Shown here: in pieces, positions 30,537 to 40,336 of the stretch
Numbering within the stretch: position 1 is the stretch's first letter
How the letters are laid out: every line of letters begins with the position of its first letter
Virus record (IMG/VR): IMGVR_UViG_3300021197_000769
Span: 1-58,248 of that record
Source of the DNA: a virus
Lineage: Duplodnaviria; Caudoviricetes
DNA length: 58,248 nucleotides
Reading direction: 5' to 3' (one strand)
The notes under the pieces: generated by a model
Told to the model about the DNA's origin: nothing
The model's input: only the letters and a program-made list of their open reading frames with translations
Databases searched by the model: none
Made by a program: the position numbers and the translations under genes

Positions 30537-30749
30537 TTATACTAGCCCCCTGTCACTTGTAGTGCCAAAAATATTATTAGCTGCAAGTTGGGTTCGTGGT
30601 GAAAAATTTGTATTAGTTGCTTGTACTAGTGGATCAACAATGGGAGTCATAGGTGCTATTGGTGGAATTGCAATCTCTGAGTTTGCTTCGCCCTGTACGG
30701 CTTTTGCCATAGCATCTAGCCTGGCTTGCTCCATTTCAAGTTCATTCAT
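30537..30749 (-). CDS. Hypothetical protein
   Basis: 70 aa in operon with 9-nt gaps. Confidence 0.6.
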   Translation of the reverse strand: MNELEMEQARLDAMAKAVQGEANSEIAIPPIAPMTPIVDPLVQATNTNFSPRTQLAANNIFGTTSDRGLV

Positions 30750-30758
30750 AATAATTAT

Positions 30759-31205
30759 TTATATTGATTTATCGTTGTTTACGTTTTTAATAGATTTTAT
30801 AAGGACCTTATCAGAATATCTTTTGCCCTTCATTATAACATTCCTTTTTTTACTGGTTGGAATGTCTTCTTCTCCTAACATTATGCGGTATATTTTATTT
30901 ATTAGTTGCTTCCCTTTAAAAGAAACTTTATATACGTTACTTTTTGTTGTAGTTCTATTTCTTTTAGCAAATACGTTTATCCAGTCATTTGCTTTTAATC
31001 TTGCCCATCTTCTGTTGTCCCAACTATAAGAATAAGCTCCATCTATAAAATCAAGTCTGTTGAAAAGACCAATGCAGTCTAGGTAAATTAATAACTCTAG
31101 ATCTGCATCAGAAAGTCCATTGTTTCTGCAAGCCCACCGCCTGATAATGCGGTAATGCTTTAGTAGACTTAAATTCTTTATATCATTGGCCTCCAAACGT
31201 TTCAT
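30759..31205 (-). CDS. Putative winged-helix (MarR-like) DNA-binding protein
   Basis: LSDADLELLIYL...RL....WI.VF...VYKVSFKGKQLI pattern; ATGA overlap with groES. Confidence 0.55.
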   Translation of the reverse strand: MKRLEANDIKNLSLLKHYRIIRRWACRNNGLSDADLELLIYLDCIGLFNRLDFIDGAYSYSWDNRRWARLKANDWINVFAKRNRTTTKSNVYKVSFKGKQLINKIYRIMLGEEDIPTSKKRNVIMKGKRYSDKVLIKSIKNVNNDKSI

Positions 31206-31462
31206 AAAACAACAACAACGTCAAATTCTTTAATAACCTTATATATCACTTTATCAATCTCCATATCAAACCCCGCGTGTCTATCGTAGTAAATAGTGTC
31301 TCCATCTTGTACTCCTTCAACTAGCGTTCCTATGGTCTTCACTTTAGCTTCCCTGTACCTTATATCTTCTCTGTGGCTCTCTCCTAAAATTAAACCACCT
31401 TTAGTAGATACTTCTTTCTCCTTTACAGGCTCTATCAACATATACTTCCCTACTGCCTTCAT
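31202..31462 (-). CDS. groES: Co-chaperonin GroES
   Basis: MKAVGKYMLIEP..E..TKGGLIL (mobile loop), V..IG..V.GV..GD.IYY; adjacent to groEL. Confidence 0.9.
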   Translation of the reverse strand: MKAVGKYMLIEPVKEKEVSTKGGLILGESHREDIRYREAKVKTIGTLVEGVQDGDTIYYDRHAGFDMEIDKVIYKVIKEFDVVVVL

Positions 31463-33000
31463 TATGCTCTTAAGTTATTAATTACACAATCGGTTGCTAG
31501 TATCGTATTGGCTACAGATGCCGCATTCTTTAATGCACTCTTTGTAACAAGTAGTGGGTCAACAATTCCTGCCTTAATCATATTGACTAATTTTCCTGTA
31601 ACTACATTGTAACCATACCCTTTTTTAGTAGGGTATTCAAATTTAGTGATATCAGCATTGGACATTATAACATCAAATGCAGCTCTAATAGCCTTTAAAA
31701 GTATTTCTTCTCCTATGTTAGATGGTGTTATCTTATCACTAGCATTTAGTAAAGCAATTCCTCCACCTGGAAGTATACCCTCTTTAATAGCTGCCTTAGT
31801 AGCACAGATTGAATCCTCAACCCTGTCGGCCTTCTCTTTTAATTCAACCTCTGAGTTAGCTCCTACTTTAACGACACCAACCTTACCTCCAAGTCTTGAA
31901 AGCCTTTTTTCAAGTAAGTGCTTCTTTCCGTTAATCTTTGTAGTCTTTAATTCTTTCTTAAGTTGCTTAATTAAGTCTTTAACGTCATCACTCATCCCAT
32001 CCACTTGGATGATTGTTTCGTCAGATGTAGTTGTTGACTTTAAGCACGTTCCTAAGTGACTCACATCAATTAGGTCCATATCGTCTCCAAGGTCTTCGTT
32101 TATTACTGTAGCTCCTGTTAGAACTGCGAAGTCTTGTAGTGTTTGCTTTTTATTTATGCCAAAGTCAGGTGCATCAATAATGTTTGCCTTGATGTTACCC
32201 TTTGATACATTCATTGAAATTGCTGTAACTAATTGTTCGTCAGCATCTCCAATAATTAATAGTTCTTTCTTGTTTTTAATAACGTGTTCAAGAATGCTTT
32301 GAACCTTTCTTACGTTGGGTATCTTGCTCTCTACGATTAGTACAAGCGGGTTATTTAACTCACAAGCACCTTTCTCTTTGTTATTGATAAAGTGGTGGTT
32401 TTTTAATCCTTTATCTAACGAAGCTCCATCAACTATTTCAACCGATGTTTCTTCGTCATTAGATATTTCCATACTTACCACACCATTCTCACCAACGTCT
32501 TCGAAAGATTTAGCTATCATTGACCCTAAGTTAGAGTCGTTGTTAGAAGATATTGTAGCAACCTGCTTTAGCATATCACCACTTACGTCTACAGCCTTAC
32601 TTTCTAAGTACTTAACAACCTTTTCAACGGCAGAGCTTATTCCATCTCTTACCTCTCTTGAGTTGTAGTCCTTTGTTTCAAATGCCTCTTTTAAAATAGA
32701 GTGCGCTAGCACCGTAGCAGTTGTTGTTCCGTCCCCTGCTTCCTTAACGGTTTGTCTAGCTGCTTCCTTTAGAAGCGTAGCACCCATATTTTCAACAGGG
32801 TCTAGTAGCGTAATTGAATTAGCTACTGTCACCCCATCCTTTGTGATTAATGGTTTTCCAGATGAGTCCTCAAGCATAACGCACTTACCGCTTGCTCCTA
32901 GCGTGGAGCTTACTGCCTTAGTTAGCTTTGATACACCTTCAAACACTTTATTTTTACCTTCGTCTCCGAAGTTTAGATTCTTAACGATTTCGTTAGACAT
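31462..33000 (-). CDS. groEL: Chaperonin GroEL
   Basis: ITKDGVTVA, GDGTTTATVLA, GILPGGG, GIVDP..VT.SAL.NA.SVA signatures; 512 aa, no GGM tail. Confidence 0.95.
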   Translation of the reverse strand: MSNEIVKNLNFGDEGKNKVFEGVSKLTKAVSSTLGASGKCVMLEDSSGKPLITKDGVTVANSITLLDPVENMGATLLKEAARQTVKEAGDGTTTATVLAHSILKEAFETKDYNSREVRDGISSAVEKVVKYLESKAVDVSGDMLKQVATISSNNDSNLGSMIAKSFEDVGENGVVSMEISNDEETSVEIVDGASLDKGLKNHHFINNKEKGACELNNPLVLIVESKIPNVRKVQSILEHVIKNKKELLIIGDADEQLVTAISMNVSKGNIKANIIDAPDFGINKKQTLQDFAVLTGATVINEDLGDDMDLIDVSHLGTCLKSTTTSDETIIQVDGMSDDVKDLIKQLKKELKTTKINGKKHLLEKRLSRLGGKVGVVKVGANSEVELKEKADRVEDSICATKAAIKEGILPGGGIALLNASDKITPSNIGEEILLKAIRAAFDVIMSNADITKFEYPTKKGYGYNVVTGKLVNMIKAGIVDPLLVTKSALKNAASVANTILATDCVINNLRA

Positions 33001-33062
33001 AATTATATTGAATTAAATTAAATTAAATTGTTACTCCTTTGACCTGGAGTTAAGGTTTATTA

Positions 33063-33323
33063 TTATCCTAAGTCTACAGAAACCCAAGTCGCTTCACCCG
33101 CAGCTCCAGTCTCAGTACAGACATATATTCCACCATTAAAAAAAACCATATCTCCTTTTACTCCAGCCCCCTCTAATGGGTCTACATCTACAATCTTAAT
33201 AAACCCTGCGATGTCATTGATTTTTACACCTTGGTTGTTTGTTCTTGTGTTCTTTGGTTGTAAGTCTGTTCCACTATCGAAACCACTAAATACCGTGTCT
33301 AAGTTAATTTTTTCGTTTGCCAT
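33063..33323 (-). CDS. Hypothetical, possibly structural protein
   Basis: 86 aa; ends G.KGDM.F....IYVC......ATW, as seen in fibre/decoration modules. Confidence 0.6.
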   Translation of the reverse strand: MANEKINLDTVFSGFDSGTDLQPKNTRTNNQGVKINDIAGFIKIVDVDPLEGAGVKGDMVFFNGGIYVCTETGAAGEATWVSVDLG

Positions 33324-33369
33324 TTTAAATTTTGTTTGTTATTGTTGTTATATATAGTTACTTATTTTT

Positions 33370-33630
33370 TTACTTTTTTACTCTATTCTTTGCAACGTGT
33401 AGCATTCTTTCTTCTAATTTAGATACCCTAACCGTTAACTCAAGTATAGTTTGATTTGCTTCTTTCAACTCATCCTCTAATTCTTCTATTCTTTTTTGTT
33501 TGTAGCTACTATGGCTTGAGGACACAGAGTGGCTTATATCCATCTTCTTTTTTATGATGCTCCAAACCTCTTTAATCCCAAACGAACCAGCTAATCCACC
33601 TACTATTAATATAAGGTTTTCACTATCCAT
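33370..33630 (-). CDS. Membrane-anchored coiled-coil protein
   Basis: 86 aa; N-terminal hydrophobic segment followed by heptad repeats; possible lysis accessory protein. Confidence 0.6.
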   Translation of the reverse strand: MDSENLILIVGGLAGSFGIKEVWSIIKKKMDISHSVSSSHSSYKQKRIEELEDELKEANQTILELTVRVSKLEERMLHVAKNRVKK

Positions 33631-33745
33631 ATGATTTTTTTTTATTGTTTATGTCATAGAGTAGATTTAATTAGATAGGATTTTTATGGTATTATATTAT
33701 AATATTCCTTTATGTTTGTTTTGCCTAAAGACACTTTTTAATTTT

Positions 33746-33946
33746 TTAACTTAGTTTTGTTTCGTCTAGTAAAATATCTTCCTTTGTTATTTGCTCGTAG
33801 CTCACACCTTTAACTGTTAGTTCTGAGGCTTTGTTGTCGCCAAAATAAAAGCCTGTTCTATTATCTTTTAAAGTGCAAGGTCTTGGATTTCTAAAAAATC
33901 CTTCATCGTTAATGTATATCCCTAAATTGTCTGTAAAAAATATCAT
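33746..33946 (-). CDS. Hypothetical protein (possible fibre chaperone)
   Basis: 66 aa, ATGA-coupled to the upstream LamG gene. Confidence 0.55.
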   Translation of the reverse strand: MIFFTDNLGIYINDEGFFRNPRPCTLKDNRTGFYFGDNKASELTVKGVSYEQITKEDILLDETKLS

Positions 33947-35355
33947 ATACTTATAAATTGTGGTGATGTAAAATTGTACAGTGTTGCGTTTTCTCCATCA
34001 GCTCCAGTGTCGATTAATTCTGTTGTAGAATCATCCCCTGTGCCTGCATAGGCTCTAGTTGGTGTTCCAAGTATAGATGTTGGGTCGATAGGTGTACCCG
34101 AATTATATAAAGATAATGCTTCCGCAGGCGTAGCAACTGTCCCCTCATAAATAGCTGAATAAGCCATTACACCATTTTGAACATTAAACCCTAACAATTC
34201 GCCTATTACTAATTTTTGCGTTGTTAAGGAAGGCATTACTGCAGCCGTTGTAGAAGTTAGTGCCTGCGATACTCCATTAATATATATTTTTACCCTATTG
34301 GCTTCTGCTAAAGAACTATCGTAAGTGAACATCATTAACGACATACCGCTAGTTGTTCCATCTAAAGCGTTTGTAGCAGCGGTATTATTATTTCTTATGT
34401 TTACTGAAATAAAATTATTATCCTTCCAACTAAAATTCCATCCATATCTAAAGGTTGAATCCATACAATTAATGGTATTATTTCCGTTAACTCTCCGATT
34501 AGTCCACATAAAAACGGTTAACTTTGTTGCTCCCATTCCTACTGCAGATGCTTCTGCATAAGCGTCTACATTATCAACCTTAAAGTTTAACGCTTGCGTT
34601 AGCGGAAATAAATGAGCCACCCAAAATTCAGGAGGTCTTGTAAAATTATTTAATGTTAAATCTTCTCCTGCGCTTCCTTCGTCAATTGCTGTTAAATCCC
34701 CATCGCTTCCATTTAATCTATAATAGCTTGTCGGTGTTCCTAAACCTATGCCATTAGCGAATTGACCGTTACCTGAATTGTAAGCCGCAACTGCTTCTGT
34801 TCCTGTTCCTGCAACTCCATCCCAAATTGCTACTTCGTCATATTTAGAAGCCCCGTAAATTGGTGAAGATGTAGCACCGCCAATCTCAAAGCTATTTCCA
34901 ACATTTGATGCTAAAGATGTAGGTATTGTGCCTGTTATGCTTAAAGCAGTTAAAGTTCCATTTATCCATATTTTAAGTCTATTTGCTTCGCTTAAAGTTC
35001 CGTCATAAACAACAAAATAGTGATTCCATTCGTTAAAGTTAGGTACATTGCAAAATGCTAAACTAGAATCTGTATTCCTAAACACTAAAATCATAGTTGA
35101 GTTAGCGTCATTAGTTGTCATTAACCAACTATTATCCGCTGATACCCTACTACCTAAAAATGCTCTACTACCTATTGAATCTATCCAACAAGATATAGTC
35201 ATTTTATTAGAATTATTCCCTATCTGACCCCCTCGACTTGCATAATCATTTACGCCATCTGTTAGCAAAGCATTACCAAAAGTAAAAGCCTTTTCCCCAA
35301 CTAAATTTAAATTAACATTATATGGGCTTATTGCTGATGCTGATATAAATGGCAT
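33943..35355 (-). CDS. Tandem LamG/concanavalin A-like lectin virion protein
   Basis: 470 aa with two repeats of TISCW / NEWNHYFVVYDG / KIWING / DEVAIW / YNSG. Confidence 0.75.
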   Translation of the reverse strand: MPFISASAISPYNVNLNLVGEKAFTFGNALLTDGVNDYASRGGQIGNNSNKMTISCWIDSIGSRAFLGSRVSADNSWLMTTNDANSTMILVFRNTDSSLAFCNVPNFNEWNHYFVVYDGTLSEANRLKIWINGTLTALSITGTIPTSLASNVGNSFEIGGATSSPIYGASKYDEVAIWDGVAGTGTEAVAAYNSGNGQFANGIGLGTPTSYYRLNGSDGDLTAIDEGSAGEDLTLNNFTRPPEFWVAHLFPLTQALNFKVDNVDAYAEASAVGMGATKLTVFMWTNRRVNGNNTINCMDSTFRYGWNFSWKDNNFISVNIRNNNTAATNALDGTTSGMSLMMFTYDSSLAEANRVKIYINGVSQALTSTTAAVMPSLTTQKLVIGELLGFNVQNGVMAYSAIYEGTVATPAEALSLYNSGTPIDPTSILGTPTRAYAGTGDDSTTELIDTGADGENATLYNFTSPQFISI

Positions 35356-35657
35356 TACTTGTATACTATTATAGCACCACCAGTACCTACTGTAATGCTT
35401 TGAAACAACTCACCTGCTGGGGCTTGTATTAATGAACCCTGCTTTAATGTAACACCCGACAAGTTCATTGCCGTCAAGTAGTTATCTGTATCTACTGCTG
35501 TACTTGCATCCCCACCTAACAATGTTGTTATTTCGGTGTCGGCTTGTACAATAAACGCATAAGCATTTACTTCTGTGTGCGCCCCTGCCGCCAAATACTC
35601 AGAGCCGAATGTACCTATTAATCTACTTGGATTTACACCCTTACTTTTACTTGCCAT
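35355..35657 (-). CDS. Stand-alone ~100-aa module paralogous to the N-termini of the two upstream genes
   Basis: Shares GS.YL, F.VQ.DT.I..L.GGDAS, MNL.GVTLK.G.LI..P.GE.F with 35721-36833 and 37026-38999. Confidence 0.75.
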   Translation of the reverse strand: MASKSKGVNPSRLIGTFGSEYLAAGAHTEVNAYAFIVQADTEITTLLGGDASTAVDTDNYLTAMNLSGVTLKQGSLIQAPAGELFQSITVGTGGAIIVYK

Positions 35658-35720
35658 ATTTTTTTATTTTTTATATAATTTTATCTTGTACTAGAAACAC
35701 CCCTGTTCCTTTTATGTAAT

Positions 35721-36833
35721 TCATTCGTATACTGAGTAATAATCATTAATATTTGTTTCTATTCCTACTCTATTAGCTGATTGGTTTGTTGGATAGAATA
35801 CACCCATCTGAAAAGACCCATTAAACTCAAGGCCTAAGGCTCCGTGAGCGTTACCTATATTGAACAATCCAATAGTGTTATTTAAAGCTATTGAAGAATT
35901 ATTATTTTCAACTCCATTTATATAAGATTTAGCGTTAGTTGTACTTTTTTGAGCATAAGTTATTTTCTGAGATATTGTTGCAGCTATTGACCCTGCTAAA
36001 AATGCCCCGTCAAAAACTAATACGTTGGTAGGTGTTATAGCAAATGTGTTTTTGTTACTACCACCAAGAGTATCTCTAACGCCAAACGGTCTAGTATTGT
36101 CGTTTTGATAATTTTTATAAACAGACACAAAAGACGCAATAGGCTCATTGAAGCCATTTTGAGATTCCAAGTAGTCATTTACGCCATCAAACACAGCGCA
36201 GGGTTTCCCGTTCTCTAATTCAATAACTCCAGAGCTTACTATCTTAGGTTGTCTACTACCTTCAACTTGCGTTGCGTCATTACCTCCCCCACTTTGGTCA
36301 TACCAAGTTACTACAAATCCATCGCCTGAACCAACAAAAGCAAGTAGAGCAGCAGTATCTAATTCTCCATCGCTATTAAAACCGATGTTTTGATTGACTG
36401 GAGTACCAACACTTCTTCTTACTTCAATAGCGTCTCCTTCATAGTTAGCTCTTAGTTTTCTTAAAGAATAAGCAGCCGAAGCATTTGGATATAAATCTAG
36501 CAGTCCAACAAAAGGTCCAGGCTTCTCACCTTTAAATACAGAGTTGTAAGCCAATGCAGAGCCTTCACTAATGTTTATGTTTTGAAATGCTTCCCCTGCG
36601 GGAGACACTATTAACGCCCCCTTCTTAAGGGTCACCCCGTCAAGATTCATTGAAGACTTGTAGTCTACATCAGTAGCAGTCACAGAAGCATCTCCACCCT
36701 CAAGCAATGTTATAATTGTATCCTCTTGAGTGACAAACTCAGTGCAATTAACCTCCGTGTGGTCAGTCGCACTTAAGTACTTAGAACCCAAGGGCTGAGA
36801 AAGTCTATTTTGTATTACACCTTTACCTGCCAT
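35721..36833 (-). CDS. Virion lectin-like protein (shared N-module + one ConA/arabinofuranosidase-B-like domain)
   Basis: GLLD.YP.A.AAYSLRKL, WYDQSG.GNDATQ, FDGVNDYL, IETNIN.YY. Confidence 0.75.
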   Translation of the reverse strand: MAGKGVIQNRLSQPLGSKYLSATDHTEVNCTEFVTQEDTIITLLEGGDASVTATDVDYKSSMNLDGVTLKKGALIVSPAGEAFQNINISEGSALAYNSVFKGEKPGPFVGLLDLYPNASAAYSLRKLRANYEGDAIEVRRSVGTPVNQNIGFNSDGELDTAALLAFVGSGDGFVVTWYDQSGGGNDATQVEGSRQPKIVSSGVIELENGKPCAVFDGVNDYLESQNGFNEPIASFVSVYKNYQNDNTRPFGVRDTLGGSNKNTFAITPTNVLVFDGAFLAGSIAATISQKITYAQKSTTNAKSYINGVENNNSSIALNNTIGLFNIGNAHGALGLEFNGSFQMGVFYPTNQSANRVGIETNINDYYSVYE

Positions 36834-36835
36834 TT

Positions 36836-37036
36836 TTAAATTATTTCGTCTTCTATCGCAGGTAGTTCTGTAACAGTCGTTAGTGTTGTTGGGTATTTAT
36901 CGTGAACTATCATATAATGGTATCCATCAATTTCTATAGGCTTTGCCCATCTAATTGTTCCACCTGTGTAGTTTTCACCTGCTGTTACTTCAGCGTCATA
37001 CGCAAGGCACTCCGCCTCTGTTCCTTTAATATACAT
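36836..37036 (-). CDS. Hypothetical protein (possible fibre chaperone)
   Basis: 66 aa between paralogous lectin genes, overlapping the upstream stop. Confidence 0.6.
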   Translation of the reverse strand: MYIKGTEAECLAYDAEVTAGENYTGGTIRWAKPIEIDGYHYMIVHDKYPTTLTTVTELPAIEDEII

Positions 37037-38999
37037 TGTAAAAATTATTAATGTTTGTTTCTATTCCTGTTCTGTTTGCCGATTGGTTTGATTCGTACAT
37101 TATCATTTCTTGAATATTTCCATCCATTGCGAAATAACTTCCTCTTGAGCCGATACTTTTTTCATGAAAGTTTGACCTAGCTAAGTTGCTACTTACTCCT
37201 TCAACTGTGTTGTTAAATGTTTTAGAACTCGGACTTATAGCAAGAGAACTAATTATATTTTGCCCTGTAATATTTCCACCTATTGTTCCATAATTTGCAC
37301 CTACAAAACCATAGGTGTTATTACCTGAACGATTATATGTTAATGCGTAAATATCTCTTGCGTCTGCAATGTTGTATAAATTTTGATTCACCGTAGAATC
37401 ATTTTCTGCCACTGCAAATATTGACTTTTCTGTTGCACTTCCACCTGATGTAAATGGATATTGTGATAAATTTAAGTCCGTTAAGAAAGGAGCTAAAAAT
37501 TTTATAGAAGGTCTTTCGTTTAACTCATTTACCACTCCATTGCTTACAATTATAGGTTGTCTTGCTGCACTAGTTTGTGTTGCATTAATACCATTACCAC
37601 TCTGGTCATACCACTTATAAACAAAAACATTATTAGAACCTGCAAAAGAAAGCAAAGAATCTGTGTCTAAACTACCATCATAAAGTAAACCAATATCTAA
37701 AGTAGAGGTAGTATTATCAACTGTTTTCCTAACTTGTATCGCAGCTCCTGTGTATGCTGAGTTCAATGCTCTTAAAGAGTAGGCTGCTGAAGCATTAGGA
37801 TAGTCATCTAGTAATCCTGCTTGGCTGCCATCCCAATATAGATTATAGTGTTTATTAATATTTGTTTCTATGCCACTTAGGTTACTTGCTTCATTTGAGG
37901 TGTAAATAATTAAAGATTGTTGATTTCCGTCAAAATATTGACCTCCATCTGCTCCCGAACCAATAGCAAAACCTGCTGAACCACTAGAGCCAATAGTACC
38001 TGCCCAGTTACTTACTGTTTTTGATTCATATTGTACTCCGTTTTGTCGACTTATTGCAATTCCAGTAGTGCCATTAAATGCCAAAGTGCTTAATGAATTT
38101 ACGCCACTTGTTGCAGGCGTATTACTTGCAGACTCATAGCCGTCACCATCGTTTATAAAAACTCCATTAACTCCTAAATATGGTCTATTAATTATATATC
38201 CCTGCGTACCTATTATGTCGTCTGCCCATATTCTGCCATTTACTGACCCGTTATTTTTATTAACCGAAAATGAATAAATATTATTTTCTGAGTAATCTAA
38301 TGAGTTACCGACACCTAAAGTTAAAAAGTCATCTACTCCATCAAACACAGCGCAGGGTTCCCCGTTCTGTAAATTAATGCTACCACTATTTACAATTTGT
38401 GGTTGTGCAGATGCGCTACCTTGCGTTGCGTCATTACCTCCACCGCTTTGGTCATACCAAACAGAAACGTGAGCATCATCAGAACCTGCTTTAGATAATA
38501 AATCAGCTGTATCTAAATTTCCATCTGAATCAAACCCTATATCGTAAGTGGGTTGAGGATTTGTTGCTGTATCAATTCTTACTTGAATAGCTGAACCTGC
38601 ATAGTCAGCTCTTAGTTTTCTTAGCGAATAAGCTGCCACAGCATCAGGGTAATCATCTAATAGCCCAACAAAAGAGCCAGGCTTTGTTCCGCCAACAACA
38701 CAGTTGTAAGCCATTATAGAGCCACTATCAATAGTTATACTCTTAAACGCTTCACCTACAGGTGCAACTATTAATGCCCCCTTCTTTAGTGTAACGCCAC
38801 TAAGGTTCATTGATGTCTTGTAGTCAATACTGTTTTCAGATATAGAAGCATCCCCACCTGTAAGTACTGATATAACAGTGTCCTCCTGGACAATAAACTC
38901 ATTAGAGTTTACATCCGTGTATACCCCTGAAGGTAAGTACTTAGACCCAAATGGGTTTAGTAGTAACTCCTCGTCTTGTTGATATATTGGGTTTACCAT
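37026..38999 (-). CDS. Virion lectin-like protein (shared N-module + two ConA/arabinofuranosidase-B-like domains)
   Basis: 657 aa; two copies of GLLDDYP.A.AAYSLR.L...WYDQSG.G..ATQ...IETNIN..Y. Confidence 0.75.
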   Translation of the reverse strand: MVNPIYQQDEELLLNPFGSKYLPSGVYTDVNSNEFIVQEDTVISVLTGGDASISENSIDYKTSMNLSGVTLKKGALIVAPVGEAFKSITIDSGSIMAYNCVVGGTKPGSFVGLLDDYPDAVAAYSLRKLRADYAGSAIQVRIDTATNPQPTYDIGFDSDGNLDTADLLSKAGSDDAHVSVWYDQSGGGNDATQGSASAQPQIVNSGSINLQNGEPCAVFDGVDDFLTLGVGNSLDYSENNIYSFSVNKNNGSVNGRIWADDIIGTQGYIINRPYLGVNGVFINDGDGYESASNTPATSGVNSLSTLAFNGTTGIAISRQNGVQYESKTVSNWAGTIGSSGSAGFAIGSGADGGQYFDGNQQSLIIYTSNEASNLSGIETNINKHYNLYWDGSQAGLLDDYPNASAAYSLRALNSAYTGAAIQVRKTVDNTTSTLDIGLLYDGSLDTDSLLSFAGSNNVFVYKWYDQSGNGINATQTSAARQPIIVSNGVVNELNERPSIKFLAPFLTDLNLSQYPFTSGGSATEKSIFAVAENDSTVNQNLYNIADARDIYALTYNRSGNNTYGFVGANYGTIGGNITGQNIISSLAISPSSKTFNNTVEGVSSNLARSNFHEKSIGSRGSYFAMDGNIQEMIMYESNQSANRTGIETNINNFYNVY

Positions 39000-39013
39000 A
39001 TTGTATCTTTGTT

Positions 39014-40336
39014 TTATGCTAGGTCTCCGTATATTACATAATTATCATCAGCTATTTTCTTTACTGTAGCCTGCCCGTATCTTTCTGTTATTAATACGCT
39101 TGCTGTGCCACCATTTAAAAAAGTTCCAGATGTTACACCTACTGTAATTTGAGACAAAGGGTTTATTAGGTTGACTTCTGTTCCAACAGCAATATCAGAA
39201 GAATCTGTTATGCTAAAGTCTGTATTTATTGCTGCTGATAATACTAATGTTTTACCAAAGTATTCATCTGATAGTGAAACAGCGGGGTCAGATAAGGTTT
39301 CTACTGGGCTGTACCCTTGTATAGATACATTACCATCAATGCCCGTTACCTCAGTAACACCTGTGTTAGATATGGTAACTTCACCTGACATTGCAACTGA
39401 CTGCCCCACATTAGATGCGTCACCTACAATGATTTGTGAATTTGGTACATTAGGTATACTAGCCCCTTGACTCACCGTAGCCACTTGAAGTACACCTGCT
39501 CCAAGACCTGCTAATTTTAATATAACAGCAACAGGTTGAATAATGTTAGTTCCTGTTGGTCTTGTACCCGTAAGTCCTCCGCCTGGTGCTACATACAGTA
39601 CATCCCCTACATCTACACCATAATTGTTTGTTCTGATTTCATCTAATACTCCTACAATTAGTGAATGACCAATATGTCCTGCTGGAATATCGTTTTCCGC
39701 TAGGCCAATACAAGGCATTAAATCAGTAGTTCCATTAGTAGCGTTAGCAGGTTCAACCTCAGCAACTCCCTCAGACTCATTCCATCCTGTAGCGTGTAAA
39801 GGTGTTCCTTTAAGGATTGTTGATACGGTATCATTTTTTACCGTTTCTATAATAGTAGTATCTTTATACTCTAAAGCAGTACCTGCTTCATTTACAGTGG
39901 GTACTTGATGCGGTGTACCTATAGCTGTTAATCCCGTACCACCTTTTGTAGTCGGTACTGTACTTAAACTCAATTCAGCAATTCCATCTGTCGTGCTTAC
40001 CGCTATTGGTTCCCCTATTCCTGGATTAACCTCTCTAATAGCAGTTGACCAAGTGTTATCACCCCTTAAAAAATTAGTTGCACCAGGAGTTCCCGTTGCA
40101 GATAAGTCCCCTGTCAATGTTACTGTCCCTGTGACAGGATCATTTGGGGAGTAATTTATAAAAATACCATCAGTAGCTTGGAATGTGCTAACTCCTATAT
40201 CGCCTCCTGACCCTAAATCTAAAATACTATCTACTGTAACTCTTTTTGTTGCGTTTCCATCTTGTGTGTCTACAATTAAAAACTCATCCTCTATTACGGG
40301 TTGGCCCTTTACTGGGTATGTATAATTTATTGCCAT
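39014..40336 (-). CDS. Tail fibre-like protein
   Basis: 440 aa Gly/Thr/Val-rich; NFLRGDNTW, VPTTKGGTGLT, GDVLYV..GG.LT.T.P fibre motifs. Confidence 0.7.
   Translation of the reverse strand: MAINYTYPVKGQPVIEDEFLIVDTQDGNATKRVTVDSILDLGSGGDIGVSTFQATDGIFINYSPNDPVTGTVTLTGDLSATGTPGATNFLRGDNTWSTAIREVNPGIGEPIAVSTTDGIAELSLSTVPTTKGGTGLTAIGTPHQVPTVNEAGTALEYKDTTIIETVKNDTVSTILKGTPLHATGWNESEGVAEVEPANATNGTTDLMPCIGLAENDIPAGHIGHSLIVGVLDEIRTNNYGVDVGDVLYVAPGGGLTGTRPTGTNIIQPVAVILKLAGLGAGVLQVATVSQGASIPNVPNSQIIVGDASNVGQSVAMSGEVTISNTGVTEVTGIDGNVSIQGYSPVETLSDPAVSLSDEYFGKTLVLSAAINTDFSITDSSDIAVGTEVNLINPLSQITVGVTSGTFLNGGTASVLITERYGQATVKKIADDNYVIYGDLA

Noticed and set aside
33008-33030. AATTA pentamer runs upstream of groEL, primase and other genes as a special repeat element
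   Set aside because: Consistent with ordinary AT-rich translation leaders of Bacteroidetes-type genes; low complexity.
33943-38999. Diversity-generating retroelement acting on the lectin genes
   Set aside because: No reverse transcriptase; the similar patches are short, both lie in coding paralogues, and no non-coding template repeat was found.
56-39470. Many plus-strand ORFs in the late arm (e.g. 56-514, 5020-5508, 8719-9321, 9994-10773, 31646-32059)
   Set aside because: They lie antisense to long, motif-bearing minus-strand genes and have the Ser/Leu/Phe-rich composition typical of shadow frames.
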